Source: Lingula anatina
Lineage: Eukaryota; Animalia; Brachiopoda
Assembly (NCBI GenBank): GCA_051362555.1
Contig: CM120649.1
Location: forward strand, 3,844,001-3,908,000
Reading direction: 5' to 3'
Length of the DNA: 64,000 bases
Part shown: one piece after another, positions 1 through 13,900 of the stretch
Position numbering within the stretch: position 1 is the stretch's first letter
How the letters are laid out: each line of letters starts with the position of its first letter
Translations under genes and position numbers: made by a program
Notes under the pieces: generated by a model
Database searches by the model: none
The model's input: the letters and a program-made list of their open reading frames with translations, nothing else
Told to the model about the DNA's origin: nothing

Positions 1-2628
1 GTGGACAGTCCAGTGGATGACCAAGTGGTGCGAATGGTCAGCCAGTCGGCCGGGGGTGAGTTGCGCGTTCTCAAATCTTGTTGAAAATATGTCCGGTTCC
101 TGAATGATGTTGGTGTGTTGTTACAAACGACTGCTCTAGTTGTTAGACTTGTTCCAACAACTAGTGTCCATAAATTTAATTATAGTCAACTCAATTGATA
201 AAATTAAAATAAATTAAAAATTTAAGGAGGAAGTGATGGGAGGGGGAATGGGGTGATTTAATTTCTGGAGTCGAGGCTACATGTAGGTCAACAACAATAG
301 CCTCATTCCTTTGAGATCTTCAACGGACTACTGACTGATATGTTGGGTAAAAATGATGCCAGTTAAAGGCATCCAGAGCACGTTATATAACACAAAATAA
401 AGTTTCTTGAAAATTCTGAAACTTATTCCTAAATCTCCATGGTACATGTAAGATATATCTAAATCCATTGAACATATTTTTAGTTTTATTTTTATCCTTA
501 TTCTAGGTTTTAATTTTTTCCATCCTAACTGATTAATTTAATTTTAACAAATTCATTAAGTTTTTTATTAATCTTATTTTATCTATTTATTTATTTATCT
601 GCTTTTTTTACAGGCGAATTTCAAGTTTTCGGTTGTCAAGAAAATTACCTTCTTCAATGTCCGACGGGAACACAGGTAGTCGTAACTAAGGGAATTGAGG
701 GGAAACCGACGTCAACCTCGTCACCTCACCCAAATGACGGGAGATGTTACCATGTCAGGGGCGACTGTCAACAACCGATGCAGGTATGTCAAGTACATGT
801 ACAGACGAACACGCCTCCTCTTGTTTCCAACGTACTCGCATAATCCTCTGTATTCTACTCAGTGCAGGAGAAGATTTGTTAATCTGTTAGTCTGATTGCA
901 TTCAGCGAGAGTCCCCGAGGAGTGAGGTCGTATTAGCCAGGCCAACCTAACTCATTCCGGACAGCCCCTTAACTCTCATACTGAACACTTGCTCATGAGG
1001 CAGTCCAGATATAAAACCAAGTGTTTACTTTCAGAACGTATTCATGATGGACCTCACCCCAGATCAGAAGTACGTTCGTTTCCAAGACAGCAGACTCACC
1101 TGTAATGGGCAGACAACTAGAAGTGAATACGTCCACATCACTTACCGCTGTGAGGTACCGACCTCCCCTGCCCCCTCAACGACCACTCCTGTAGCCATGA
1201 CGACGACGACGACAGCGCCATCTACGTCAACAGAGCCTCCAGTGACTACAATGTATCCACAAACATTTACTACAACTGCTACAACAACAACTACAGCACC
1301 TACACCACCAGCAACAAGAACAACACCTACACCATCACCAACAACAACAATAAGAATAACTGCAACGACGCCGCCCACAACAAAAACGACAACTACACGA
1401 TCAGAGGCAATAATCTTACCAGTAGTTACATTACCAATAAGCACTCCCAGATCCCGCAGTTCTACAACAAAGGCAAACCTAAACCCTTATACATCGCAGT
1501 TCATATTCCACCCGGCCACTTGGCAACAAACAACTGGCACACAGACAACACAAAACTCTGCATCATTGAGTTCAGGCAACAACGCCATTGTTTTTCAGTT
1601 CAACCCGGCCACACACCCGCCAACAACAATTCCTCCTACAACTACAGCTACTCTTCCAATAACTTCAGCACCAAAACCTATGACTACAACCAGAATTCCA
1701 TCAACCACAACCACGCCACGTACAACTAAAATACTCACAACCACTACTACCACTCCAAAATCAACCACATACCTCCCTTCAACTACAAAACACGCATCAG
1801 TCACTAGAATTACCTTAACCAAACTTTCTTCAACCAGACCAACATCAAGTCCCAGTTATTCAGATTCAGTAACGTCAACAAGAACTGTTTCGACCACCCA
1901 ATCCACAACGTCAACCAGCCTACCAGCCACTACACAGAGTCAGACATCTACCACTTTGCAACCTGTCACAACTAGCACAATGAGGAACAACCAGGCGCAG
2001 TCGACAGTAGGGTTGTCGACTCTTGGATCAAATTTACCTGGGACAACGGTTGTGACAAGGTTGCCTGGGACAACGGTTGAAACTAAATTGCCTGAGACAA
2101 CCGTTGGGACAAAGTTACCCGGGACAACGGTCTCTGATGACTTGGGAGTGGTAATACAAACAGAACCGGTTAAAATAACTACCAGCTCTGTTGCTGTTTT
2201 CGAACGCTCAACCGCAGGTGTTGAAGAAGTGGCAACATCTACAGCTGGTGGTGTCTTTACCACACAAGCCAAAAACCTGTTGGCGACAGAAGACGATGTA
2301 CCAGTAGGTGCTAAAACCCCTGCAAATGTGAATAGTAATGTCGAGAACCAAAGGCAGGAGCAAACAGCACGAAATGGTGGACTCAGTGGACATCAAATAG
2401 GTTTGTTTCGTCATCTCTCTTTCTCTCTCTCTCTCTTTAATCTACTTCCTGTGTGTTGTCTTTGAATATGAAAGGAAAGGGTGCATGGTGCCATAATCAG
2501 CAGTTAACTCTTTATTCTTGCTTAATCTGCAGTTATATATTTACTATGGTATTTTAAGTGTGTTTTATATTCAAAACATTGTTATTATCATCGCTGTTGT
2601 TGTAATTATAATTATCAATATATAAAAT

Positions 2629-2665
<37 letters not shown>

Positions 2666-4215
2666 TCAGCTATAATAGGAGGCGGCGCTGGTGGAATTCT
2701 TCTCCTCATCATCCTCATTATACTTGTAGTTGTGCTAATACGAAGGAAGTACGTAATGGCTACCACTGAATCTGAATGTTGATGTTTATAAAAGGGACAT
2801 CATCGGCTAGTTGATGACTTAAAAACATTATGACTCCCACATAGTGTAACGACATAAAACATATTTATTTTGTAATATTGAAATCACTGATATATTAACT
2901 CTTTTTAAAGAACTGACATTTATTTTTCGTCTTGCCGCTCTTTAAATGCAAACATATATGTTTGTTGACTTGTTAAAGAATGAGCTGCTGATATATCTGC
3001 TTATTCTGAATATTGGTTTTTAGATAAATCACTTACTTTTCTACAAAATTGTCCTTCAATAAAAGTTGTTGGTTTCAGATATTGCAACTCTTTCTGATAC
3101 CTTGTTGATAATTTGGTAAAAGCAATTTTTTCTATTTTTTTTTATAAATGATTCTGTTTTCAGAGAATCTACACGAAAAAGTAAAGTCAAATCTTATGCT
3201 GGATATAATCATTCAAAAAGTAATATACCGAATTGGCAAAAAAAGATGAACAATGGGTTTTTTGGAGAAAAAAATATATAAAATTGGCAAATTTGATATT
3301 TATTAAAAAAGGCAATATATTCACTAACAGCTTGGAAAATATAAAACGTACTGTGGCCGCCATGTCGCATTTTTCTTTTCTTTTGACAATGGACCCTGCT
3401 AAATAAGAACGTTTCCAAAACGCTTTAACCAATTAGGGATATTTTAAAATTCTCCCTTGTACCTCAAGTCTGTCTGTTTTATTTATTTTATTTATTTATT
3501 TATTTACTTAGTTCTTTATTTATGTATTTATTTATTGTTTTTATATAAAGGTCCTGGCACTGAATCCTCTATTTTGAGCCGAGCTTTAGTCCTATGGAAC
3601 AGGGCGTTCACAATTAATAGTATTCTTATTGTTTAATTTCATCCATTTAGTTTGCAACACGCACAAGAACAGACAAGCAGACATGAAGAAATAAAAGCAA
3701 AACAAAACATTTTCATAAAAACGTATTTCAGATCAACAGACAGATTATTTATCTCTGTATAAGCGTCAATGTGCATTGGTTTGTGGGGGGGGGGGAAGAT
3801 AGGGGCAGAATGATCAACACTGTAGAATAGGGCCTTGGTTTTCTACAACAGTGAGAAATTTAAATATACAGGTTTGCTTATGTTAATTTCTATAATATTT
3901 TCTATGGAAGGGGAGGGTGTGCAGGAAATTGTTTGGTGTCTCCAAAGTTGAAGGGGAGGGGGGGGGGGCTGCCTGCACTCCCACCCCCAAACTGCCTTTT
4001 TGCAGTTATATGGCGTTCACAAAATGTACATTTTAAAATTAATAGTGACAGGACGTTCTCTTTTTCCTCCATTCTCCAGTCAGACGGTAAGATCCAGGAG
4101 GAGCCAGTTCCAAGGCACGGACGGCGTCAGTTGTATGGCAGTATCCGTGCGAAACCAAGATAGCTTCATCCAAAGAACAATGGCGCTACCGGTTCCCGTT
4201 GAAAATAAAGCCTAA
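1..4215 (+). CDS. Type I membrane protein (5' partial): Cys-rich SUEL/lectin-like domain, Thr/Ser/Pro mucin stalk, TM helix, short cytoplasmic tail
   Basis: Frame-consistent GT-AG exons <1-55, 614-783 (FGCQENYLLQCPTG...CYHVRGDCQ), 1035-2400 (LTCNGQTTRSEYVHITYRC then Thr-rich stalk), 2670-2748 (AIIGGGAGGILLLIILIILVVVLIRR, TM) and 4080-4215 (stop TAA). Alternative last exon 3164-3281. Probable 3' UTR exon from 5221. The lectin label is tentative. Confidence 0.75.
2032..2135 (+). repeat. Coding tandem repeat, 4 x 27 bp (LPGTTVxTK-like)
   Basis: NLPGTTVVTR-LPGTTVETK-LPETTVGTK-LPGTTVS in the 473-aa ORF. Confidence 0.8.
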
Positions 4216-4299
4216 GGTAAAGTATGCACAGACTTATCCAAGATTTTGTAAGGGGGGGGTCAAGAATGAGAATCGTTTGCTTCATTTCGCTGGACAAAC

Positions 4300-4473
4300 G
4301 GGGCCGTAGCGATAGTCCGAAGGTTCAATAGTCCGAAGGTTCATTGGTCCGAATGTTCACTATAGAACCTTCGGACCAATGAACCCTTGATTAAAAAATC
4401 GATAAAAATGTTACCACTTTTCGGACCAATGAACCTTCGGACCAATGAACCTTCGGACTATCGAGACGCCCCC
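4300..4473. mobile_element. Foldback-type MITE with 8-bp TSD
   Basis: Long TIRs (GGGGCCGTAGCGATAGTCCGAAGG ... CCTTCGGACTATCGAGACGCCCCC) built of 15-bp subrepeats; GGACAAAC duplicated at 4292-4299 and 4474-4481. Confidence 0.85.
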
Positions 4474-5509
4474 GGACAAACGGCCATGTTTTTACTTATT
4501 TATTTATATTTTTAGGGAGGGGGTGGTCAACATGGCCAACAAAAAGATGCCCATCTTGTCATAAGCGGCCCCTTATTGACTGGTAATTTGAAGTACAGTT
4601 GTGTTTTGCCACTGTTTTTTTTTTTTCATTCACCCGGTAAAAGGCGATGAAAAGTAATATAAATGAAAAATTATAAATGAAATCAATATAGCACAAGTGA
4701 AGCCTGTATTAAGGGGCCGACACAAGGATAGGAAATGTTACCATGCGAAGCTAGGCAAATAAAGTTTAAAGCAATAGACGAAGGCATTCCTGCAAGTATG
4801 ATACGTAGGGCAGTCGAATGAGAAAGTGGTTGGTTTTGTCTTGTGTTGCATCGCTTTTAATACAGCAACTGATTTTTTTCAATCATCCTTTTTTTTTGGG
4901 GGGGGGGAGTATTTTTTATTATTTTTATTTATTTATTTTTTCCTGGAAAGGGAGGAAGAAGCCAATGCAATCGAGGGACACGTGCCCACTGATATCACTC
5001 TGTTTACCACACAGAAGTTTAAAAACAACTATAGCATACGTGTAGAACCTGGCAATAAAAGATATTGATAACCCCATGTTCTTAGAAAAAAAAACTTCAA
5101 AATGAATTGCATTGGCGACTGTTAAGGGTTTGATAAGAAACATGCTACTGACAAAGGTTCGGTACAAAGAGATATTTTTCTACATGCAATAACGTGATAT
5201 CCTGTTTTTACTCGTTACAGGCATATATCAGCTTCGAGACACACTGTACGGCAGCTAAGCTAGATACACAGAGTGAGAAACACCCAGAGAGAATTTGAAC
5301 TTCAAAAAGATAGACTGATAGCAAAAAGTGACATATAGACTGATAGCAAAAAGTGACATATTTTTATTTTGCAACAGAGCGATGGATAAATCAAGAAATA
5401 CAGTGTATAACAAAATGAAAATAAAAGCATTCGAAGTCATGTAACTTTCGAGACAGGTTTTTCAGAAGATTCAACAACAGGGAGTTTATAATATTTACAA
5501 TATTTGTCC

Positions 5510-5524
5510 AATAAACGTTTTATT
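5510..5524. terminator. Back-to-back poly(A) signals (AATAAA on + and on -) between convergent genes
   Basis: AATAAAcgtTTTATT: AATAAA at 5510-5515 (+) and TTTATT at 5519-5524 (-). Confidence 0.45.
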
Positions 5525-5997
5525 TTTTATTAACATAACTTGTTTGTGAATGTTACGATGATACAGTGTCTATCGTTTTAACCGAACCTTTAAAAAAATC
5601 GTTAATTAAAATTATTTATCTGCAACACAAAGTGATCTGCATCTTACACTTACAGTAAAATCTCTTAAAATCTTAATTTAAACAAATTACAATTATTAAA
5701 AATCAGCTCCGAGATTCATCCGTTGTCAACAATACCCACTGAGAAAATTTCCAATAGGCATGTTAGATAAAACTTACACCTTCTGAGACAAAAAAAGTTA
5801 AAGAGACTATTAAAAGTTAAAATACATAATAATAATAATAATAATAATAATAAGATTCTTATATGGCGCCTTACATTCTATCTCAAGGCGCCTTACAATT
5901 ATGGCTAATATACTAAAATCATTAAAATGACTACAATATTTTAATCATAAACTCTCATTGGAAACCATTTAAAATTTACACTACTAAAAATCAATCT

Positions 5998-6044
<47 letters not shown>

Positions 6045-7902
6045 GACAGAATTAAAAAAGTGGGTCTTTAAATACATCACCAAATCACCTGGTGCCAAGG
6101 AAGTGAATAACTGGTCTTACCCAATGACGATAAAAATTCAATCAAATTTACATATTGTTCAGTTTCTGGATATTAACTAACTACAGTCTGTGATATATTT
6201 TTGATACATTTTTTTAACTTAAAAAGCAAAATCAACAAAATCAAAGCTATGTGCAAAAAAAAAGGCTTGACTAAGTGAGAGCATGATGCAAACGTGCACA
6301 CAAATAAATGCACCATGTATTGATATGTGAAGCTGAAATACATTACAACTTAGCTGAAAAGTTTGAAATAGCACTTAAAATATATACTAATAGCAACAAC
6401 ATAGTTGTCTAAATGAATAGCCTTTCCAGGCTTTTCACAGAAGATTTGGTTAACAAGAGATTTCCACACCAAAGAACCCCATTCATTATACATACATATT
6501 AATATCATTAAAAATGCACCATTTGTTACCTGCACCATAAATAAAGTGTTCGGGTTTTGCCAATCAAAAATCAGTCAAAAAGTCAAACACTTATTCTTAC
6601 TGTCCTTACTGTTTAGACGTTTATCTTATGGTGAGATAAAAATTTAAATTGCAACCACACGAATAAAAATACATATCCTTCCTTAATAACTGTATGTGAA
6701 TAGTGTTCACATAATAAAATGAAAACAAAACGGAACAATACATAGATAATATTGTAATACAGCTTTTGATGTACTTATATTGCATAACTTGACAAGCATT
6801 ACATCCACCATTTATTGACCACTTATAGTTTTACACCCACATTTCACAGCTTTATAAATATTGGTTTTAATAAATACATAACAAATTCTATATATATACT
6901 TATATATATCTCAAACTTAACAAAATGTTCAAGTGCCTAAATATAGATTCAAAACAAGTTATAACTTGACTTAATTCACATTCACTGTTACAGTATGGGA
7001 ATTTAAAATAAATTAGATTTTAAAAAATGTAATACTCTAAAGGGGTATTTTACATATTTTAGTAAAGAAAATGCAGGTTTATAAGCCTCAGAACATGGCC
7101 CTACTGTACATCTAACATGTATAAAGTAACTTATCAGCAAACGTGAGTAAATTTCAAATCACATTAAAAAGTTGGCACAACTTCTATATCAAATGCATAC
7201 GTTCTGTACTGGGTTTGACAAGACTTCAAAAGTTAAAACATGAATAGGAAATTTAGTACATAAACAAGATTCAATAATTAAATTTTAGCATACTGAAGTG
7301 AGCTTCAAGTTATCCATTGTAAAATGAGCAAGTTTTTCCTCACACAGATCCTTGAGGGTAAAACCCATAAAATACAAAGGAAAATATGTCCAATTCTACT
7401 TTTCAAAATATTTTGTACGGATCATTATCAAAAAAAAAAAAAAAAATCTAAAATTGATAAAGGAAAAAATTGTTTGCATTAAAAAAGCAAACTTTTTTAT
7501 CATAATGACTTAAAATAATGTTCTCAACTATGTTAAATGGGGCCATTTTCACCAAGAACTTTACACCAGCAGTTGGTTTTTACTCTTATAAACCAAAAAT
7601 TAAATCTCGACTTATTTAATTCAGAATATTTGTGCAGTATTTCAAAAACTTATAATTAAGTGAATTACTGCTTAAAAGCAGCGGTTTCTTTCTTTTATAT
7701 TCATTTGTATAAAACAGGTACAACATTTCAATGACATTTCAACAGACAAACATTGCTCTTTCATGGATCCATGCAGACTATAATTTTGGCCTCAAAGCTA
7801 AAACCAACTTTCAGCCTGAACTCATTTTGTGAAGAGGGCGGTCCCGATCGCGAATAAGTGTGGTGTTTGATATTCTAGAGTAATTACCGTAAAGATCACC
7901 CC

Positions 7903-10900
7903 TCATCTACACGTTGAGCAGCCATCTAGTCCCGATCCATAGTGCACCTCATGTGGCAATGCGGCCCTCCGGGGATAGAACGTGTGAGTTAACTTGTAGT
8001 TTAACAAGTTGGTGAGGGAGGACATGTAGATGTCTGCAAAGCGCGAGAGGCGTCGGGAGAAATAGGTGGGGTTGTGGTAGGTACGAAACAGACTGCCGAA
8101 CCGTGGGTTGAACACCTCCTTGGTTGCAACTCTGTAGAATTTAAAATGCAAAATTAATATTATAAATATAATTACAAATTAATTAAAAAGATATTAATTT
8201 GATTGATTTTTGAACAAAGAAATATAAGTTTAAACTTTGAAAGTAGTGGATTCAGTTAACAAAATTATTGCACGCTCTCTTGGGAAATAAGTTTAAAATA
8301 CTTCAATTTTGAACTTTTCATCAGCTATTTACAAATCCTCACTGACAGACAAATTTCTGACAGTTATTAAATAAATAAGCAAGCAAAAAATGCCCTGAAT
8401 AATTGTCTATCTTGAAAGTTTCATTAAAATTTATAGAATTTTCTTAAGATAACTTGTCCACTATCAGACAGACATACAGATTCAGCAACAACGATGAAAA
8501 GGTAACATAAATTCCTTCACTAAAAATGGGTAACTAACAAACAAATACATAAGTTAATTCTTACAGAAACATAAACAAAGAGATATTTTATTCTTTACCG
8601 GAGTTGATCGCGTTCTTTCAGCCACTCTTGTCTCACGGCCTCAGCTTCAGGACTATCATGGAGCACCTGACTTTTTTCTATCAAGTCTTGTAGTGAAGAC
8701 AACCACGTCACTGCATTCGTGAATTCTTCTGAGTTGAAATTTTTTATCTCTCCCTGAATTGGCAATTATGAACCTTTTTTAATGTAAGTTTTAAATAGAC
8801 ATGTCATTGTCATCTATAAGCATTCACTTAATAGTTCATTTATCAAATCATTCTTTATTGATTGAACCAAAGACTGGATGAATCAAAATTATAACTCGAG
8901 TTCAAAGGTAATTCATAAAACAGTAACTGTCTTATTTGCTTTGTCATAAAGTGGTGTGTGTGCATGCATGCAAACATGCATCTGCATGGACTTCTGTGTT
9001 TTTAGATCTGAAGGTTAGTAATAAGCTGTAGCAGGAAGCAACTTCTGCTTTAAATTTGCATGAATTAAAGAAATGAAAGAGACAAAAGATTTATTAAGGG
9101 TTGAGATGTAGATAGAGATCTAGGTTATGGGTTTTCTGTTGTCAAATATCAAAGTAAGTACCTCTAATTCTGGGATAATTGCACCAGTTCTCCAGCCCAT
9201 ACTGAGAGTAGCATCCTGAAGATAAAATTATATATTTATTTTAATTATCAAAAATTAATACAGAAAAGTACATTATCAGTATACAGTACTAGGCAATAAA
9301 TAATCATCACAAAAAATATTCCAAACATCAAAAATCATTACTGATGAGATAAAGATGGGGGGAGCAGGGAAGGAGAACAATGCTGAAATCAAGTGTGCAT
9401 AAAAAACTTCCAGTCATGTTTTATATAAAATGTGAAACTCAGGTCAGCAATGATATAATAAAATCAATGTGATCAAATATCTAATGCATCTGTTAATTCA
9501 ATGAAATGACCTTCAAGTCTGCAAAAGCTAATTATTTTGAGAGTATTGTTGTAATTAATGGCTCTCATTATAAGATCACCTTTTGCCCTTAAAAATCAAG
9601 AAGAATCACTGGCATGTCTACAACACTTGAAAGTTAAACCAAACGAGAGAGAGAGAAAGAGAGAGAGAAAAGACTTACGGCCAAATCTGTGTAGACATGA
9701 TCCCCAAAGTATAGCATCTTAGCACCGTGCCAGCCAGTAATTTTCTGAAGGTCATCCATATTGCCCTGAAATAACAGCAAAAGTACAGAACTAAATGATG
9801 ATATCTAGTATATGCCAAAACCCACACCATATACCATACCACTGTGCCTTCCCATATTATTAGCCTATGGTTTTCAGGATACCAATACTTGGCTAAAGGA
9901 GGGTCGGTGAAACAAGGATAACTTTCTGATGCTGCCTCAATTCACTCAGCATTTTGCATCTATAAAACAGGTAGCACTATAGCAGGGCTTGACACTAACT
10001 TTTTTCGATACTGGCCCGAGATATTGGTAAATCTTGCAAGGATGATTTGACACATGGCATTTTACTTGCTCTTTGCAGGGGCGGATTTAGGCCGTCTTCT
10101 GGGTCTTCCGGAAGACGGTCAGATTTTCAAGTTTACATTGACGGGTATCTATTTTTTCTGTCGGTAGACGGTCAAAAATGCAGGAAAGATCAACAAAGAT
10201 AATTTAGAAGACTGTCAGAAATTATCTTTAGATCCGACCCTGCTTTGGGCCAGTGACCCCAGTGATTCAATTGCCCTAGGTTGGTTTTCATTGGCCCAGG
10301 GCCAGTGGGCCACCCTTAATGTTAAGTCCTGTATAGTATGTTAGGCACCGGAATTGAAAAATATTTTGCTTGTATTATTATAATTTATTATAATTTCTTG
10401 TAATTTTTAATGTTTGAGGGGGAACAGCAAAACCTATGGGGGCTTCCCGTCTGCCAGAGCATTATCCTGTACATAAATTTAATTGCCAACTCGTAAAATT
10501 ATATCAGAAACACATATAACCATGAAAGCCAGTTCTTTATAGTCAGTCAGCATATTTTACTTTTGTTAAATTATATTTCATTACCATTCCTTCTTTGTGT
10601 TTTCCCCTTTCTCTTTGTTCTACAATTCTCCTTATTATATCTTCCAAAAATGTTTTCAAATCACTACTTTGGAGATAATTTCCCCCACCCCTACCACAAA
10701 ACATCCAGGTCAAACTGACTCTTTTCAAAATATTTTTCACTGTGATTTCAATTCCTACCTCCTGATATATTTGTCCTTTTTCAAAACTTGTCACTCTTCC
10801 CCAGGACTGTGTCCCCAGGGTTCTGTCAAAACTTCGGAATGGTCTGAGGATGGTTATAATAAAATATATATAATTAACACAATAGAAAATGCTTAATATA

Positions 10901-13900
10901 AAACATTATAAAGGTCTCCAGCCATGACCAGTATAAAATATTCTATATTAATTTACAATGAACATGGCCGATGATCCCTCTCTGCTGGAAGTCAATTTCA
11001 TAAGAGGACTTGAGCTCAGAACCTATGTTAACTTAGACCAAGAGTTAAGCAAATGACCATAAAAATGTTTACATGTATAAACAGATTTAAAAAAACAAAT
11101 AAATGTCTAGATTTTGTCCATAGTTTGGGCTATGGTGATTAAGGCAAAAGCACTTTGTTTGCTATGATATAATCTATTTTATACACAAGTTTTAAAATGC
11201 ACTGTACACCTTTATATAACAATAATAAAAACACAACGTGAGGACTACCTCTTGGGTCTGAAGAACTGTGGTTTTCTGGCTCTAGTAATGATGACATCAA
11301 ACATGTCACTCCAGTCACTGCCCAGCATATAGCTCATCCCCTTGTCTCTGAAAGGAGTATCACAAGGAGAATTAACACAGGGACAGAAAGATTTAACACA
11401 CTGTACGTAATTTTTTTTCCATCTTCTACTATGAAAGGCACACATTAAGCATTTAACCTTAATATATCAAATACTTATTATTTTTTTGGAGATTTTAGAT
11501 CTATCTTCTTTATTACCAAACTAGGTACATCATATTCAAAACTGCTTGAAAACCCCTTATTTATGCTATAAATTTCTAGTTTATGATAACCTGTCATACA
11601 TGTATCTCGTAAGATATTCAGAGCACAAAAACAGGTTACATTTATAATTTGTAATTTAGTTTAGTGTATACCTGGGTGAAAAGGTGAAATTGCAGAGGTT
11701 TCCATTAAAGTTTTTTTTTTTTCTTTGCTACTTTAAGGTCTAACTTGCATTACACGCCTTCAATACAAAGGCTAAATTATAACAAGGCCACAAATTTAAA
11801 ATGTACTTTGTTTACAGGGACTTTCTTACACAAAAGCATATCCACTGTTGGTAATGAGTAGAAGCTTCTTCCCAGCAGATGACAGTTTGTTCATCAACTG
11901 GGACAATTCTGCTTCCTTCTCAAGGTACATGGCTGAAATAAAAGAGAATGTGTTATCCTAAGTTACCTGAAATTTTAATGTTATAATGGCAATGTATTTG
12001 TCAAATATTTGACTAGTTATTTTAATCAATTGCTTGATTAAAGAACTGATTGTCATTAGTGGATGAATAAATATGTAGTATATATATATACATAAAATAG
12101 ATATGAAGACCATGAGATAGTATAACAATAAGTTACAATATGTAGAGCAATATATCATATTGCAAATAAAAAATACAACTGAAAAAATTATACGAAAATT
12201 AAAGTTGGGAGATGTGAAGAAATCAATATACATAACCATTACACATAATGCCATATTTAAATTTTAATAAATAATTTGCTGCTACTTACGAAGGTCAGAC
12301 ATAATACTGGCATGGAGTTCTCCAGATTTATGAACATTTTGCACAGCAGTCTACAGTGAAAGAAATCAAAGTTATATTTATGTCAGGGACCAGTATGTTG
12401 TTGTTTTTTAAATCTTCCTTTACATGTGAAACAAATCTTCCCCAAAACTCAATCTAGAGGGTGGAAAAACTTCAAGTCTTCATAATAACTACAAAAACAT
12501 GCGAGAAACATGTCAATAGGTTATGATAAGTTTAAATGCACTTTGGTGAAAAGTAATTGGGACAGAAATGGATTAGCTTGAGAGAGAAAGAGAGAGAGAT
12601 CAAAACCTACCTTTACATCATAGAATACATAGCCAGGATCAAAGGCAATACTGTGTTCAATAAAATACTGAAAAAAAAAAACAAAGACAAAGTTTTATCT
12701 ATGCCATTAACTACTGTCACAGTTTTTTCAAAACACCATTATATCCATAACCAATAATATTTCATTAATTTTATAATGAACCCTAATGTCCTCTTTAGAA
12801 ACTTTTCACTTGAGACATAGGTATAAGCAAAAATATGTTTACTATTTTTACAGTCTTATTGATCTAATGTGTGTGTGTGTTCATTTGTGTGTGTATGTGT
12901 GTTTGTGCGTGCATGCTTGTGTCCAACTTTATTCATTTGCTTTTATTGGCAGATTCCGTTCAGTACCCTGAGTATCAGATATAACTGGAAACTGACTTCA
13001 TATACAAGAGATGGCATGGTCATGCCAATAGTCTGAGTCTACTGGTACATACAAGTAACCTCTGCTACTCAGGATGCTGTTCCATGAACTAAATGTCACC
13101 TTTGTTTCTAACATACCTGAATAACATTGGACATGAGGGTGATTTCAGGCAGGGCAAACATGTCCATAAGCTGCACCATATTTCCTCCCTGAAAAATGAC
13201 AAATTAAAAAATTATCAGAATTTCTTTCCTGAGAGCAATGTGAAAAAGTCCATATAGTAGTTTTATCAACACAGAGAGAGAGAGAGAGAGAGAGAAAGAG
13301 TGAGAGAGAGAGAGAAAGAGAGAAAGAGTGAAGAGGAAAAGAGAATGAGAGAGAGGGGAGTACAAAAAGAGAGAAGAGGTCCTTACAGTGCCGTGGAAGC
13401 CACTCATGTTATCCACAGGGACGTGGGTGCCCTGATATTGCTCAATAACCTCCTCATCAGGTACTGGCTCCAAACCCCTGTGGATACAAAAAGGTAAAAG
13501 AAATATGTCAGTAGCTTTCTTGCTGATACAGGAAAACTGCTTTTTACCAGCTCTTTACTATAATATATAGTTTTTAATATGCTTGTAAATATAGTTCAAA
13601 AGAAAAAACTTACCTGTAAACTGTACCCAACTGGATGTTATGAAAAGCATCTATTTTCATGAGGAAACCCTGGAATATAAGAAATACCCCAAAACAATCA
13701 ATATACTAGAGGATCAGAGAGGCGATACCGCCTCCGAATATTGTACCACCAGCTGGAGCAAGCGCATTCGTATAGACCCCCACATACACAAAATAAGGGA
13801 CACAGCCACCAGTTTTGTGCTTGACAAGCTGTAAAAATGCAATCAACAAGAAATTTTTTAACTATTGCAAAAAATATATATGGTACAATCAAATTTAAGT

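Noticed and set aside
1142-2272. Val-rich antisense ORFs
   Set aside because: Mirror of the ACN Thr codons in the mucin exon
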